From: Takakia lepidozioides
Taxonomy: Eukaryota; Plantae; Bryophyta
Assembly: GCA_030704615.1 (NCBI GenBank)
Contig: CM060732.1
Location: forward strand, 70,060,001 to 70,124,000
Length of the DNA stretch: 64,000 nt
Reading direction: 5' to 3'
Shown here: positions 50,300 through 64,000 of the stretch, piece by piece
How positions within the stretch are numbered: position 1 is the first letter of the stretch
Layout of the letters: each line of letters opens with the position of its first letter
The notes under the pieces: model-generated
The model's database searches: none
Told to the model about the DNA's origin: nothing
What the model saw: the letters and a program-made list of their open reading frames with translations, nothing else
Position numbers and translations under genes: made by a program

Positions 50300-53009
50300 T
50301 CAGGCTGGTTTGCCTAAGGCGTGAGCAATCATTCGGCGTGCCACACCAGGGAGTGGCCGCACCTTGGACATCCCTGGCTGTTTAAGCTGATTGTCGGCAC
50401 TGACCAAATTCTCAGAGAATATCCGTTCACGAGCTGCTAAGTAGGCAGCTTCTCGCTCCTCTGAGGCCACTGTTGGTGAAAGCAATGAGGATTGATTACG
50501 TTGCTCATCTGCAATACACAAGTTACTCAATGTAAGTTCCAAAGGACCAAGTAACCCAAAACTTTTCTTAACTCAACAGAGCTAATTGTGGTTAGTTCCA
50601 ATTGCTGAAGCAATATTGTAGACCATCCTCTAATGAGCCTACATTGTAACCTTGTACATCACCACGACAAGATATAGCCATCCGAACCCACACCATGCAG
50701 CTATTTTGGGCCCAGGCTGAGTATGTTTGCTGCTCTCTTTATCCAAATCCAGTGTTGTGGATCTCAAGTTTTGGGGCACATCATCAAACCTGTAGAATTG
50801 GGTCTATATAGGCATACATCACTAAAATCCAGACTTCTGTCTTCCCCTTAAAAAGCATATTTGATTATCTATTGCAAAATTTACTGGGTTTGATTGCAAG
50901 TTGCACCTTCACCTAGGTTTGTACCGGGATTTCATCAATTTGGTGAATAGGTGCTATGCTGCACTACACTCCAAAAATCAAGATTGCTAAAAACATAAAA
51001 CAAGCTCAAAAGCTATTATCTTACCAACTTTGTAGCCAATGAAACCAATGAAAATATTTTTTCCCTGCTCTCCATGAATTTTGTGAAATATACACCAAGA
51101 GCAGGTGTCAGTGGGCCTTAATTTACGTGGTCCCTTTTTGAGGATCAATGAGTGGAAGATATGGTGATGTGGCCAGGGGTAGATGGCAGGGTCGTATTTG
51201 GGAAATTTTCTTTCGTCCTTTAGGGGTTAGCCTCATTGTGAACCTCTACCCATGAGGTGTCCCTGCACATCTGGAAGGACCTTGAAAATGAAAAGTAGCA
51301 TGTATGTATAGTTGCTTTTGTTACAATGACGTAAGAGAGCAAACCTGATGAATGTGTATCTCGTGTCAAAAGCTGCCGTGTTGAAGGAGAATGGTGTCCA
51401 TCTTCATAACAACTCTCCAACACATCACTCACCAGCAGTAACGGTCTATTGAAAACCAACAAAAGATTTGTGAGAGACCATTGCTGTTGCAAATGATGTA
51501 CCCTTCAGACCATTGATCCATGGGCATACCAACCCTGCACAAACCAGTTATAAGCTTTTTACCCATGAGGGTATGGAAACCGGGCTAAAAATCGCAGAAG
51601 TGGTTGCACACAGTCAAGAAGAATCAGGTCATCAACATGCTAGAAAACATAATTCTTGTTTCCAGAACTGCTGCTCTGGTCTTGAACTTTGCCACAGATG
51701 TGATCAGGTGCGCCATGATTGCACTGCAAGTCACACTGTTTGAAAAAGGGCAGGGATGCAAGGGAGTGAGCGAATACGTACATGGTGGAGTCTTCACATT
51801 TTTCTATCACAAGATGACGATCCTCTCCTTCGCCCACAGACTTGTGCACCAATCTGCCCAATTTACCATGTATTTAAATTAGGCAATACCAAACGAAAGA
51901 TAACAAAAAGGAAATCCAGCTGAAAGTACAGGATTATTCAACGAATTAATCAGCAGAATGGGCTATAGATAAATGTGAGAACCTCAACTTCACCACTGGC
52001 ACTACACAATAAGTTTAGGCTACCCCAAATACCAAGTGCACTGGGGGGGTGCTGAGAGGAGGGAGAGAGAGACCCAAAGCAGTCAGCAAGCCGATGCAGC
52101 AACATCCGTTGATATGACGACATAGGCTCCAATACAAGAGTTTCCTCCCCTCTGCACCATCGGAGCAGGTTGCCTTAGAATCCTCCATGGACCGTAAGAG
52201 TAGGTGTAAAGGATTTATTGTTGGGGCCAGGACCTGCTATTGCCCAAATTTCACCGTCCCCTCTCATTCAACAGAGGAAGAATGAACATGCATACTAGAG
52301 TTAAGACTATCTGCTACTGATTGATTCAATGATCCTTGCAGAAATAATATTGACTGCATGCACTTACATAAGACAAAACCCAGGCACAAAGTGGCTGACA
52401 TTATCAGTGATAGATACATAGCTGACAATTTTAACACAGGATCCACAGTTGGATATGTCTGGTAGACTCTCTTTCTCATCGACAGCCTGTGAGGCCATAA
52501 CGCTGCTAAGAGCTATCTGGTGAGAACCTTCTGTCTCTCGATCTATCTCTCTGGACATTATAAGTTCGTTTTTTGTTTTAGTTTCTCAGCTTCTCACCCA
52601 TACAAGACATACAGACCGGAAAGATGGCTCCAGAAACTTGACAAACATTTCTTCAATAGAAAGCACCAAATGCTTTGTGTGTAAGTTGTCCTTCACCATC
52701 CAAGCCAGCTCCTCCACCTAACATAAGATTCCGAGCACAATTGTTAGGCCACCTCTAGCATGCATGCAACCCCCTTACTCCAGTTACTCCAAAGACTCCA
52801 AAGACCATGAAGCATACAACTTTGACCATGTCTCCTAGCGATTACAGCTTGCCTCTGAACAGAGCGGGGCCTCAAAGTAGTCATTTTCAGGTTAGAAGGG
52901 CCCGCGCGCGACTGAAAACCGAGGGGAGGAGAGGGAAAGAGAGCGCTATGCAACATTCAGATATAGACGAGAGAATTAGTGGATGACAGACCTCGAACTG
53001 GACGCCCAT
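50300..53009 (-). CDS. R3H/SUZ-domain single-stranded nucleic-acid-binding protein
   Basis: Exons MGVQFE / VEELAWMVKDNLHTKHLVLSIEE / LEPMSSYQRMLLHRLADCFG / LVHKSVGEGEDRHLVIEKC / PLLLVSDVL / SEEREAAYLAARERIF..VARRMIAHALG. Confidence 0.9.
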
Positions 53010-55379
53010 GGCTGGGACAAACCCGGACTGCGCTTCGCTCACCAGATTTCTCCACGAATGAATTTTTTTAACAGTTCCTTACCCTCTCCAGACACCGAGT
53101 GAATGCAAACGCTTCAATTCAGCCTCCAACACACCCGCAAGCTGTTTCGCTTGATCGAAGAATCTGTCTCTCTCTCTTCCGAAGCTCATGTGCTTCCCTG
53201 TGCTGCAAGGTGCCCTAGAAACTCCCCGTTAACAGAACGGTGACGATACCAAACGAGATCTTCAGAGCCAGTCTGCAAAAAGAATGACTCTTTTTGATAG
53301 CTATCGGAAAGTATTTACCGAAAGATAAAGGCACGTAGGCTGTCTTCAGTCTTCACTGCACCGTGTGCATGTCAATTTCCCAGCGGGAGCGTCTCTCTCG
53401 ACAATTCTAAGATCCCCACGCAGAATCTCGAGGCAAATAATCCCTAGCAGATCATTTGGAAAGGGACCTGGAGGAAGTGGAATGGTTGCAAATCTGGTAT
53501 CGTTGCTAAACTTGGTTAGAGGTAATAATAATCAGGAAGGAAGTGTTCTACCTAAAAAAGAAAAAAAAGGTGGTAGGTGTACACAGCGATGACAGAGCTG
53601 CCAGCAATGGAGCGATGGCGCTTGTCATGTGCAGGGCGCCTGCAATCAAGGGTGCGTACCACGTGCTGCTGCTGTCTGCAGCGTGCTTATGGCCGCTTCC
53701 ACTTAACTTTATACCTAGTGAAGGCTTGCCAGAGCCCACCTTGGAAGGCTAGCATAATGCGCATCACATATAATGATAATGTTTGGTTCTCGTCCAAGAA
53801 TAGTAGTCTGTGGCTCTACTGGCCATGCAGTGACTGGAACAGTAATGAGTCGAATCAGAGAACTTTTTCGAGCAGGAAGATCTGCTTTTGATTCTGCGAT
53901 GGGTTGTAAGTCGTGAAGAAGTATATAGGTAGTGTGGTGTACAAATGTAGAAGAAAGAATGTACGTAATGTACTACCCAGGCATGCAGAGATAGATCGGA
54001 CTGTGGACAGACCTCGTGCGTTTTTCTGGCTATTGACTGCTCAGAGTTCAGACTTCATGGCTGCTGTCGGTTAGTGGTTGAAATTCATCAATGCTATACT
54101 TGCAGCACAGTGGCGAGGAAGGGGTGAGGTACAAGAGTGAAGGGTTGAGATGTATCCTTGACTATCCGAGATTTGGAAGTTCCGAGAGAGAAAGAAATGA
54201 ACGGAGGAGAGTTGAGGAAGGACAGTTCACAGACGCAAAGACAGTGAGTTCGTTGACTGCATCTTACTGGGGGTCTTCTTGCAGGGAGAGGAAGGGGGAG
54301 ACTGCTATTCGCGGGTGTACTTCAGCGTCCGAAAGAAGGAACTGTAGAGGACGATTGCCAGATATAGAATCTAAAGGAAGAGCTCCCCTCCGTCGGTCGC
54401 TCGGGTTTCAACACTGCAGGAACGACATCTAGGCCGCTGGCTCCGGAAGTAGTTCTACACCGAGCCTACAAAGGTCTGCAAGCTGCAGCTCACTAAGTTC
54501 TGAGATGGAAAATTTCATAGAGATTAGAAACGATTCTCAGTCTCAACATTGCCGCGTTAATGTTGAGACATACGAACTCTTGCTTTCCCATGTGTTATGC
54601 AGATGCTCTGTAACGTCTAGTAGGTTCACCGTATGATTCGCCAGGTCAATCCTTTCAAGGTTTTCCAGCCGAGGCTGACAATCTGTTAGCTGTTGTCTTG
54701 TTCTTAAGTGTCGCAACAATGTGAGCTGAATCACACGCCTCTTGTGTTCTCTACTAGAAAGTTTATCGAACACTTTGTGTGCTAGTTTCCTTCCTTCGTC
54801 GGGGAGCACAATGACTGCGGGAATCCAGTAAGCTTATGTGGAGGAGCTTTGGATTCGAGCTGGAAACCACTTATACAGTTATCCACAGGGACAGGTAGAG
54901 AGTGATCATAGGTCGTGTTACAGTAGAGATCATTCATTGGATTCGAAATACACGTTGCCCAAGCTGACATGATCCTATATTAATCTGGACATAGCACAGA
55001 GATGGCCGGTGTGAATTGCATTTGGAGAACTACCGGTGGGCAACTTCTTCGAAACTTATGTGACATACATGGTGAGCAGAGTGAACTAGAACCTTCGAGT
55101 GATACCTTGCCACAACTCGCCTTCCGAAGACGGACGAAATTCATTGTTTCAAAGTTTGGGAGGAGTTTGAAGAGCTTGTGAGATCACATTGATTGCCTTC
55201 AAGCGTATGCAGCTGGGACCAGACGAATCGTTCAGACTGACGCTGTATGGTTTGAAAAATTGAATTACACGAAGGTTGTCTGTATATTCCATAATGGGAA
55301 GGAATAGCAATTACACTGTGTGGAGGAAGTGACATGTTGGACACGAAGGGGTGCTGTACTGTGTGTGCAAACAGGTCGA

Positions 55380-58300
55380 ATGAAGATAGCACCATTCTTT
55401 CTTTCAATGTATATGGGATATCTAATGTCCCTGGTTCTCTGTTCTGCCAGCACAGAAGGTAATTGATGCCCTTCTCTCTGTTTGTCTGTCTGCAACACAC
55501 TTGTGGACAATTGGTTAGCTTCATAGGCTCACACTACTAGTATTACATGTGCGTTAGGTGGCTCGGTGTTAAGTTTAGGGAGAGGGAAGGGTCCTTGGGA
55601 GGTATTTTCCAGTTGATACTTGACATAATTCTGTGTTGGCACCTAGAGATTCCTTCTGGCACATCTCTTAAGCGGTCTTCTCAATTTTTATCCCTAAGCA
55701 TCTCAGGTTTCATATGTGATGAGAAAGAGTGTATCCTCTAAGGCTGGCATAGCCCCCTTCCGTACAACACTTAGGGACAGACTATGTGGCTCCTCTCAGA
55801 GTTGGTTAATTGCATGTGACGCCCCACAAGAGTTTCTGATTATGAGCGTGACTGTCTCAGGAGACACATTATTACGTATTATGAGGACGTGGAATCAAGA
55901 ATTCCCAACATGGACTGGAGCAGACCCTTGTCAGGATTGGGAGGGTGTAAATTGTAGCAGCCAAGGTCATGTGGTGTACTTGTAAATACCTTCTCTCTTG
56001 AACCCTGAACCCAATGAGAACTCATCTTTACCATATTGCAAACTTGGTTTTCAGACCACCTTTAGGTTCCTTTCAAGGCAGTCTCAAAATGTATTGTCTG
56101 TATGCCTGGGTGCTTTTGCGTAGACTGTCGAAAAATTTGAGTATTTGTGCATACCATACCTCTACTTCTTGTGCTTTACACCAAGAAAAATGTGTCAGCC
56201 ATGAACACAGTGATTCTTGTTCTTGGGCCGTCCCTTCACATGTGTTATGGTTTGTCAATGTGTGATTGCAGAAACTTGACTAACATGAACATCCAGGGGA
56301 GCATACCTGCAGAGATTGGCCAACTCACATTTCTGACAACACTGGATCTCAGCAACAGTGATGATACCTCGAGTCCTTACAATCAAATAACAGGGCCCTT
56401 ACCCCCTGAACTTGTAAACCTAATACATCTGCAGACTTTGTAAGTTCTTCAATAACTGCATCTCAAGTCCACACTGGAGATCATACCAACCCTCATGATT
56501 GGGAGAATTAGGGTGGTAGCAGAGAGAGGTGGCCACATAAACATCTTATCTTTGCTGCTTTGCTGCGAAATTCCTCCATAAACTCTGGTAGACAAAGCAG
56601 AGGAATACAGGGTCAAGACCGAAGTCCAGTTAGATGCATGAAGTGGTATGGACTTCAAACCTGAATGTGTACATGATGCCCCTTTCTTGCAGATATTTGA
56701 GCAAAAATCCACTCAATATTCCTTTTCCCTCTATACTCTCACAGATACCCAGCCTTCAAGACTTGTACGTGGTCTCATCCTCCCTCTCCCTCTCTCTTTC
56801 TCTCTGGGCCCATGGCCACGAGGCTACGGCAAACAGCGTCTTACAAGCACATTCTCTTATCTCTCTCTCTCTCTCTCTCTTTGGGCTTACTGTTGACAGT
56901 AGAAAGTTTGTCTTTTGGCTCTTGCTCGCTCTGGGGATTTGAAAATTTAATTTGATGTTTGTCTTATGTCCATGTCTTGTCAGTCTTCAGTCAGCTCATC
57001 ACAGCAGGGTTGCTGCTCTTTGTACAAATCTGCTTAATTTAGTTGCCTGGCATATCCCTGCAGGAGGATGGATTTTGGGAACATTTCTGGTCCTATACCA
57101 GATAGTATTTCGCAATTGATGAATCTAAAGATTTTGTGAGTCTCAAAATCCAGTGAGTGAGTTTCATTGTATCATGACCCCAAATTGAATGCTGAAGGAA
57201 TATCAATGTTGTGACAAAAAAACCTTTATACATAGGGGTTACAATATTTTTTTCACGAGGCGGTGGATGTCAAATGTTGGTATATTTTTTCGGGCCACCC
57301 CTCATTCCCAATTCTGTCGTTGAAATGTTGAGTGTGGTATTCCCAATGTGGTATTCTGAATGATGCGGAGTTGCATCCCTTGCCACGGGCTGGAAGATCC
57401 CCAGGCAATGTTGCATCCAGTTGGTTGCAGCTCTTACCTCCTTTGAGCCTGCATGGTAAGTATGGGCCAGTCCTCTCTGGTCACTGTACCCTAGCTGTTG
57501 GAATGGTCTTCTCGAAACACAGCATACTATCATGAGTTAAAAGTCAGAGGGACAGATCTGAGGCTGACCACTGCTAATTGATGGGAGGTTCACTACGCAC
57601 TCAAAAATTTCATCTACTACCATTAGTAAGCATAGTTTTGACTTGTTCTTGGAATGGTGACAGGTATCTAGGCAATAATTCCCTCATTGGACCCTTGCCA
57701 TCTACGCTTGGACAGATGACGAGCCTTGAACAACTGTATGGCAAGATTCTTGTAAATTGTTTTCCCTTTCAAGCTTTTTGACTGAGGCTCACATTTGGCT
57801 CAGGTTTGGGTTGTGAGCAGATTTTTTTATCTGTTCTAAATGGGTAGAGGCGAGTCAATTGCACCAAGATTACATCCATTTTGCCAACCTCGATAGCTGA
57901 TAGTGTAGTATGTTGTGGTCCCAACCTAGCTCAAGTGGATACATATAGCTCAAGCCTTGGGATGAATCTTTGTAAGGTGAAGGCACATGTCTTATTGTTC
58001 TAACGCAAAGTTGCATGTATTTTGTGAGAACCCTTTGGAAGTGTCAATCATCAGCAGGTGTTAACAGATCCTCAGCCAAGAGCCCCCATTTGTCCTCTCT
58101 GACCACCAACTAGGCCCCTTGGCATCACCTCTGTAGCTTATCTTTGCTTCTGGACCTGGTAATCAGTCTGTATGTCCTCTCCACTCATATGTAGAAAACT
58201 TTTGTTGCTTGAAGGGTGTTCTCATCCAGTATTTTATCTATACATAGTGTCTTGAAATACCTTTTCCTCTTGCACCCTAGGGTCTAGTTATTAGTCATTC

Positions 58301-61300
58301 ATTGTGATGTTGATGACAGGACTCTATGGGGTAATCAGTTCAATCAAAAGATACCTGTTGAGCTTGGCAACTTGATTCACCTGCAATACTTGTAAGTTCA
58401 ATACTCAACTCTCCTGGAGGTGAGGTAGTCAGCCCACGGCTAACCAGGGTGAATTCATCCATGAGAGGGTTGATCTGAACCCCCATAGTTGTTGCTGAAA
58501 ATCTCCTTTGGCAGTTGTAGTAGAAAGTTGTAGGATCCATTGTGGCAGGTCTAGCGCCGATACAGGGGTCTAGTGCTAACAGTTTCTTCTTCCCAAAGTT
58601 TTCTCTTTGAGACAAGCTCATCTGGTGATTATATTAGTTAATGGTCACTTATCATTGTGGATTCAATTGTGGGATTATAAATGAGGATTTCAAATTGGAG
58701 CGTGTTAAATCTTTCTGTAATCCATAATCCTGCCCACTCCTTGCACCCCACCCCCTCTCTTATCCCTCTCTCAACAGTGATTATCTTATTAGCTCCCTTC
58801 TCCTTCTTTGTGTTCTCTAGTCAATGCCTCCCACTTAAGTGATACAGGCTGGATGCAGGAATCTTCATGATTGTCTTCTTTGGGGTGCTCTTCCGTCAGA
58901 GTTTGGAAACCTCAAAAGTTTGACAAGATTGTACGTGCCCATCCTTCTTTATATGCTGACAAGCTAGTTTCAATAACAGGTGTGGCTGTGCCGAGTGTTA
59001 ATCATTGTCTCGTATGAACTTTTGATCATATGAATAGAAAGAGGGTCAGTTGGCAAGACATAGAAAATTCTCTCATAAGACTGTCCTTTGCCATAGCCTT
59101 GTCAGGCCCAGTGATCCCACACCTGGTTTGGAAGAGAACATCAACTGTGTGCTCCAAGTGAAGAGGTGAGAGTGAGGATGTTGCTCTTCTGGTGCTTTTG
59201 GGTGTTCTGGAAGATGTCATAGTGTGCTTGTTTGGCTTGGAGACAGGTTGCTTTACAGTAATGACCTGACGGGGTACTTTCCATCAAGCTGGCACGGTCT
59301 TACAAGCGTGCTAGAGCTGTATGTCTCATTTCCTGTAACATTTAGTCATCTGTTGGTATCTGCCCTATTGTTGTTGATGTTTTCTTAATTGTTCCAGGTT
59401 GTGGTGATTTGTCCCATGGGCCTTCAGGGACCCCTGTGCGCATTATAGAAATACTTTCTTTCTTTCTTCAGAGTTTGAATGGAGGTTTGGTCTACCACAG
59501 GACTAAATATCACTTAAACTGTCTGTCGTATTCTGCATGCATCAACCTCTCTCTGCTTGGTACACATTCATCCCAGAAGCTCTGTGGGTTCCCTGTGGAC
59601 GAAATGAAGTTCCTTATTTTCTCTGCCGCCTGTCCAGAGACAGCCACTCCCTCAGAGGTCTTTCATCATGAGGATTCAGAGCTGCCTAGTGATGTATCAC
59701 AAAGAAGCAGGATATAAGAAAAAAACTGGGGCCCCTCAGCAAGCAGCTCAAAAATGACAATTCATGATCCAGAGACTTTTGTCCCTTAAGCTCTTTAAAC
59801 TTCCCATAGGTGTTCTAACGTTTCTTTCTTGTTTTCTGTACTTCACATCGCTGGAGCAGTCCCCATCAATATAGACTTTGTCACATAGGTTGTTTGCTTA
59901 GCAACCCTTGTGTCCCTATAAGTGGGAAAGTTGGAAAAGACACCTATGATGGTAACCCTAATTATGGTCATTGTTTCTTGGCAGGGACCTGTCTCAGAAT
60001 TCTATCTCGGGCCCCTTTCCTGATTGGCTACCAAATATGCCCAACCTTATGGACCTGTAAGAACTTTCTCTTCCTGGCAGGCCCAAAATTGTTTTCGCCA
60101 AGATGTCCTTCCCTCTCTCATGAGCAGGGTAGGTCTAGTTGGTATACCCTCCTAGTATGATGTTACAGTCAGCCCTCAAATGATGGCAAGTTGCTCTCGG
60201 CTGTATGGGAATGACATAGCCAGTACGCATAGGGAATAGTTGATGTTCAAGACTCAACAGAGATTATAGAAACGTGCAATCCTTGTGTCTATGAATTTGA
60301 GTTTTTTATTATTTTCCATGTGTTTTGACAGGGATCTCCATAATAATGAGCTGGAAGGACCATTTCCAGCCTTCAATGGAAGCGAGAACCTCTTCAGCAG
60401 CAGCAAAAACCTCTTGAATTTGTAAGTAGTCTGAAGATTAATTAGGTGTTCATTGTCAATCATGCTGTTCTCTTATAGCACTCATGCTACTGTGACAAAG
60501 CATGTCACAAGATAGCGTGAAGATTCTCATGAGAATCACTGTTGGGGTGTAGCAGTGTTATTAGTTACACTATCATGTTGTTCCTTTTGACAACTCCAGT
60601 GGCCATGGTGTGGCACACTTGTATGTCAGACTGGCTAGAGCTCAATCTTACAGCACTGGCTGTAAAAGAGGTATCGGAGTTAGTTTATACTGGGATGGTC
60701 ATTCAACTGAGAAGGGTTATATTTAGTGGGGGTCAATGGCTATGGCCTCTCTGGGGGCAAAGGTGTCAAGTGACTTACCAATAGAATTGATTTTTCTGAT
60801 GCAGAAATTGCAACTTTTTCAATGGGAGTTACCCTGCATATGTCCCCTCCAATGTGTGAGTTTTGCACCTACTTCCCAAGCCTTGTCACCATTGTCTCCA
60901 ACATGTGACCTCGATTTGCATGAACTAATAAAGGAAGTTGTACTACCCACTGTGGCATTCCACATATAGGCATCATCCTAAAGGCGCCCTCTCTCTCCCT
61001 CTCTCCCTTGGCACCCTAGTGGATATTGTAAAGTTCCTTCCTTCCAGAAATGCTTGGCAGAGCATATCTGCATGAGGCGTTACATCTTATACAATCCCTT
61101 GATCAATAGTTGTTTCTGGGCTACTTGTTGGGGGCCCCACTCTCTTTCTTGTTTCGTGCTTTCTCTTGTCCCATAAGCTCTTCGCAGCTGAGATACAAAC
61201 TATTCTTTCCTATTATGCATGAAGCTTGTACTGATAATAGTTGGAGGAGATTGCAGTTAGGAGTCTGCTACGGAACTTGTTGCCATTTGCATGCCGATAA

Positions 61301-64000
61301 AAGTGTGCAGCTCTGAATCACTCCTTTTTTCTTGTCGGTCATGTTCACCATCTTTTGGAATTGAAAATTGTAGAGTTTTTGTAGTGAGAGGTGTTGAGCT
61401 TTCTGGGCTGCGGTGATTGTGCAGGAATTACTCAGGGAATTGCTTTGACAATCAGACATCGACAGACATTGATATCTCTCAGCAGTACTGCAAACGCAAC
61501 TTCTACTGCCGAGACTTCTTTCCTCGGATTCTCGATGGTGAGGACACACTCAGACACAGAGCTGCCATCTTTTTTCCTCTCTGTTGTTCCTTGGGAACCT
61601 GGTACAAATTTGTTCTTGTTCTACCTGGTCTTCAGGGCTGTCTGTGGACATTATAAAGTCGCTTTCTTTCTCTTCTTCCTTTTCTGGGTTTAATTTAGCT
61701 AGGAAAAGTGATCACGTATGTCCAATATCTGGACATGGTGGTGAGGACACAGCAATTCGTGACACATTGCCTTTATGACTCATATGAGCAAGAGGCCCTC
61801 TCCAAAGCATCAAAAGGACAGTGTTTCTAACTTTACTTCTCATTTGCTGATATATCCCAAGCGCTGATCCTCACAAGGCATCTATGTAACTGACTGATCA
61901 TAGGGGATCCCAGGATAATGACAACATGGGGCCCAGGCTGCTATCTTATTGCATTGACCCTAGAGAGAACTGCATTCAGATGCTTTAAAGTTTGTCTCTC
62001 ACCTTTTGGACATCTCTTACGAGGTGCAATTCTCATTCAGAATCAGCCACTGTCAACAGATTGAGGGGTAGCCGTGATAGACCACTCCAAGAGAATAGGA
62101 TTTACACAACTTAGTGTTCCCTTGCCAGCTGTACTATGAGATCAGAGGGGTATACTAGCATTTCTCTGGAGGTTGTCATAACGAACGCCCAGAGGTGCTG
62201 AGCATCATCATGAGTGCCACTCTGTCTCCCACCTTGTCAGAAATGGACTTGTCTGATATTTGTCCTGTGGATTTTAGTGTTCCAAATATTGTGTGGATTC
62301 TTTTGGGTCTGCTAAGGCCTTTGGGCTTCCTCTTGACATGTTCTTCTCTTGTCCTTCTTCAGCCCTAGTTGTGCTTTTTTGAATCTTGTGGTTCTACATT
62401 ATCGCATGGGGCCTTGGGGGCCCTTGTAGACCTTACAAAGTTTTAACCAAGGGAACTCCTTGGATGAAACTTGAGGATTGCAAGTGTTCCTTTGTTGTTG
62501 AAAATACAGACAGATTCTCCCTCTCTTTTGGTCAAAAAGGGGGTTTGGACTATGCAGGATGCGCCCCTTGTCCAAGTGGAAACTTCATACTTGACAATGC
62601 TACCATATGCACCTGCAAACTTGCTCAAGGTCTTCTACCCCTCTCTTTAAATGATGATGTCATCCATCACTTGTTTTCTTGAAATCTTCCTCTAGACTGG
62701 GGTGCCCTCTATTCAATAACTTGCTGTAAAATGTTGAGAACTATGCACTCATGAAACCTCTGTCAGCCGAAGCTAAGGTCACTGTCACAATAATATCTTA
62801 AAGCAATATTTACTTTCTAATCAGAAATTCAGAAATTCAAAGGTTTAACCCCACTTGTCAGGTTTTTGATGCTCTGACTGTGCTTTAGTGGCCCTTCAGC
62901 CAAGTTGAAAGTTCAGGGCCTTGAAGTAACTTCCTTGAGAAATGGTAGAAACTTCTTTTGTAAGTTTTCTGCGTGTGCCAAGAGCAGTTGTGTCGCGGGT
63001 CCTTTCTCTACTTGCCTCCTCATTCAGGGTCTTTAGGGCCTTCCATGGATGTAATAAACTCTATTTCTTGCTCCATAAAAAGTTACTTTCTTCCTTTCTT
63101 TTTTGCAGCTGTGAGGACCCAAAGTACATAGCAGTTACCTGCAGGAGCCATGTTATGTTAAGGTTGTACTGGGTGTCGTGTGGACACAAAAACTTTCTTC
63201 CCTGGGTTATTACTCTCTCTTTTGGATGATCGTTCGATACCAGGCCTACAGCTTCGATACACTTGTTCTTTGGGCTTCTTGTGGGGGTCCCTCTCTTTCT
63301 TGTTTCATGACTTCTCTTGTCCCATAAGCTCTTTGAGCTTTCTGGGGACATTATTAAGTATCCTTCCATTTCGTCCTCTAAAGATCATGACTGACATCCT
63401 TGCCTTTTGATGTATTGGTGAAAATGTTGAAGGGCCTGGTGGCGGATCTTCACCTGTCCGTGGAAGTACTCCATCCAGTAGAGGAAAATCACTGAGTGCA
63501 GCAGTAGGTGGTGTAGTCGGGGCTCTTGCAATCATTGTTGCTCTACTTGCACTTTACAAATGGAAGCCCCTCAAAGACCATCCTTTTGACCCCTTCAATT
63601 TATTTACCAGAGAGACAGGTATGTTGTCCTTCCCACTGAACTTTTATTCTGTGATAAGTAGTCAATTTTCATTATGGCGCTGCGAGTCCTCTCCTATGTT
63701 TGGCAGCCTCATGTACCACATTGGAAACAACCCATTCTTGGTGTTGTGTTCTTGTCCTGAAATTAACCTTAACTGGTGTTGAAACTGGACCCTAAATGTC
63801 AATAGGCTTTATTTGTTTCTTTTTCTTTCTTTCTTTCTGTGGTAGTAATTCAGATGGCAGGCAAGAAATAATGACCATCAGTTGAGGGATTTGTGTGGCC
63901 TACCATCACTTCTATTCAGGCGGCGACTGGGAAATCCCAGCAGGAGTCCATCGATACTCACTAGAGCAATTAATAAAAGCGACCCGAAACTTCGATGAAG
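55380..64000 (+). CDS. LRR receptor-like kinase, 5' part (kinase domain beyond window)
   Basis: Signal peptide exon MKIAPFFLSM..ASTE, LRRNT WTGADPC.DWEGVNC, a series of ~72-bp one-LRR exons (56693, 57064, 57664, 58320, 58860, 59247, 59985), Cys-rich exons, TM AAVGGVVGALAIIVALL, juxtamembrane HRYSLEQLIKATRNF. Confidence 0.92.

Noticed and set aside
53300-55300. Short ORFs between the R3H and LRR-RLK genes
   Set aside because: No motifs or splice-consistent structure; probably promoter/5' UTR sequence.

Overview
Eukaryotic land-plant genomic DNA, probably a bryophyte or other spore plant (inferred from the TE families, the PLS-DYW PPR gene and the intron style). It has two zones. Bases 1 to ~44.8 kb are a dense patchwork of mostly decayed transposons: two Ty3/gypsy copies with a PHD finger fused to integrase, CACTA fragments, two hAT families, Mutator-like elements, Helitron termini, a SINE, MITE/foldback elements, plus one degenerate aspartic protease gene. 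Bases ~44.8-64 kb are host genes: a PLS-DYW PPR gene, an R3H/SUZ gene and the 5' part of an LRR receptor kinase. The main candidate novel system is at ~12.2-22.1 kb. There, a Mutator-like transposase gene lies head-to-head with a spliced gene encoding an N-terminal ParB/Srx-like motif (WDGNHRL) and a C-terminal beta-class N6-adenine/N4-cytosine DNA methyltransferase-like domain. That domain order resembles phage/ICE ParB-MTase fusions, and one intron carries an array of palindromes. Second, both PHD-gypsy copies end in the same non-canonical PPT-B-A-B split terminal repeat, broken at a GACA-NN-TGTC palindrome, as expected if a 2-LTR circle had integrated at an internal site. All calls were made by eye from motifs; no database searches were run, and TE boundaries are approximate.
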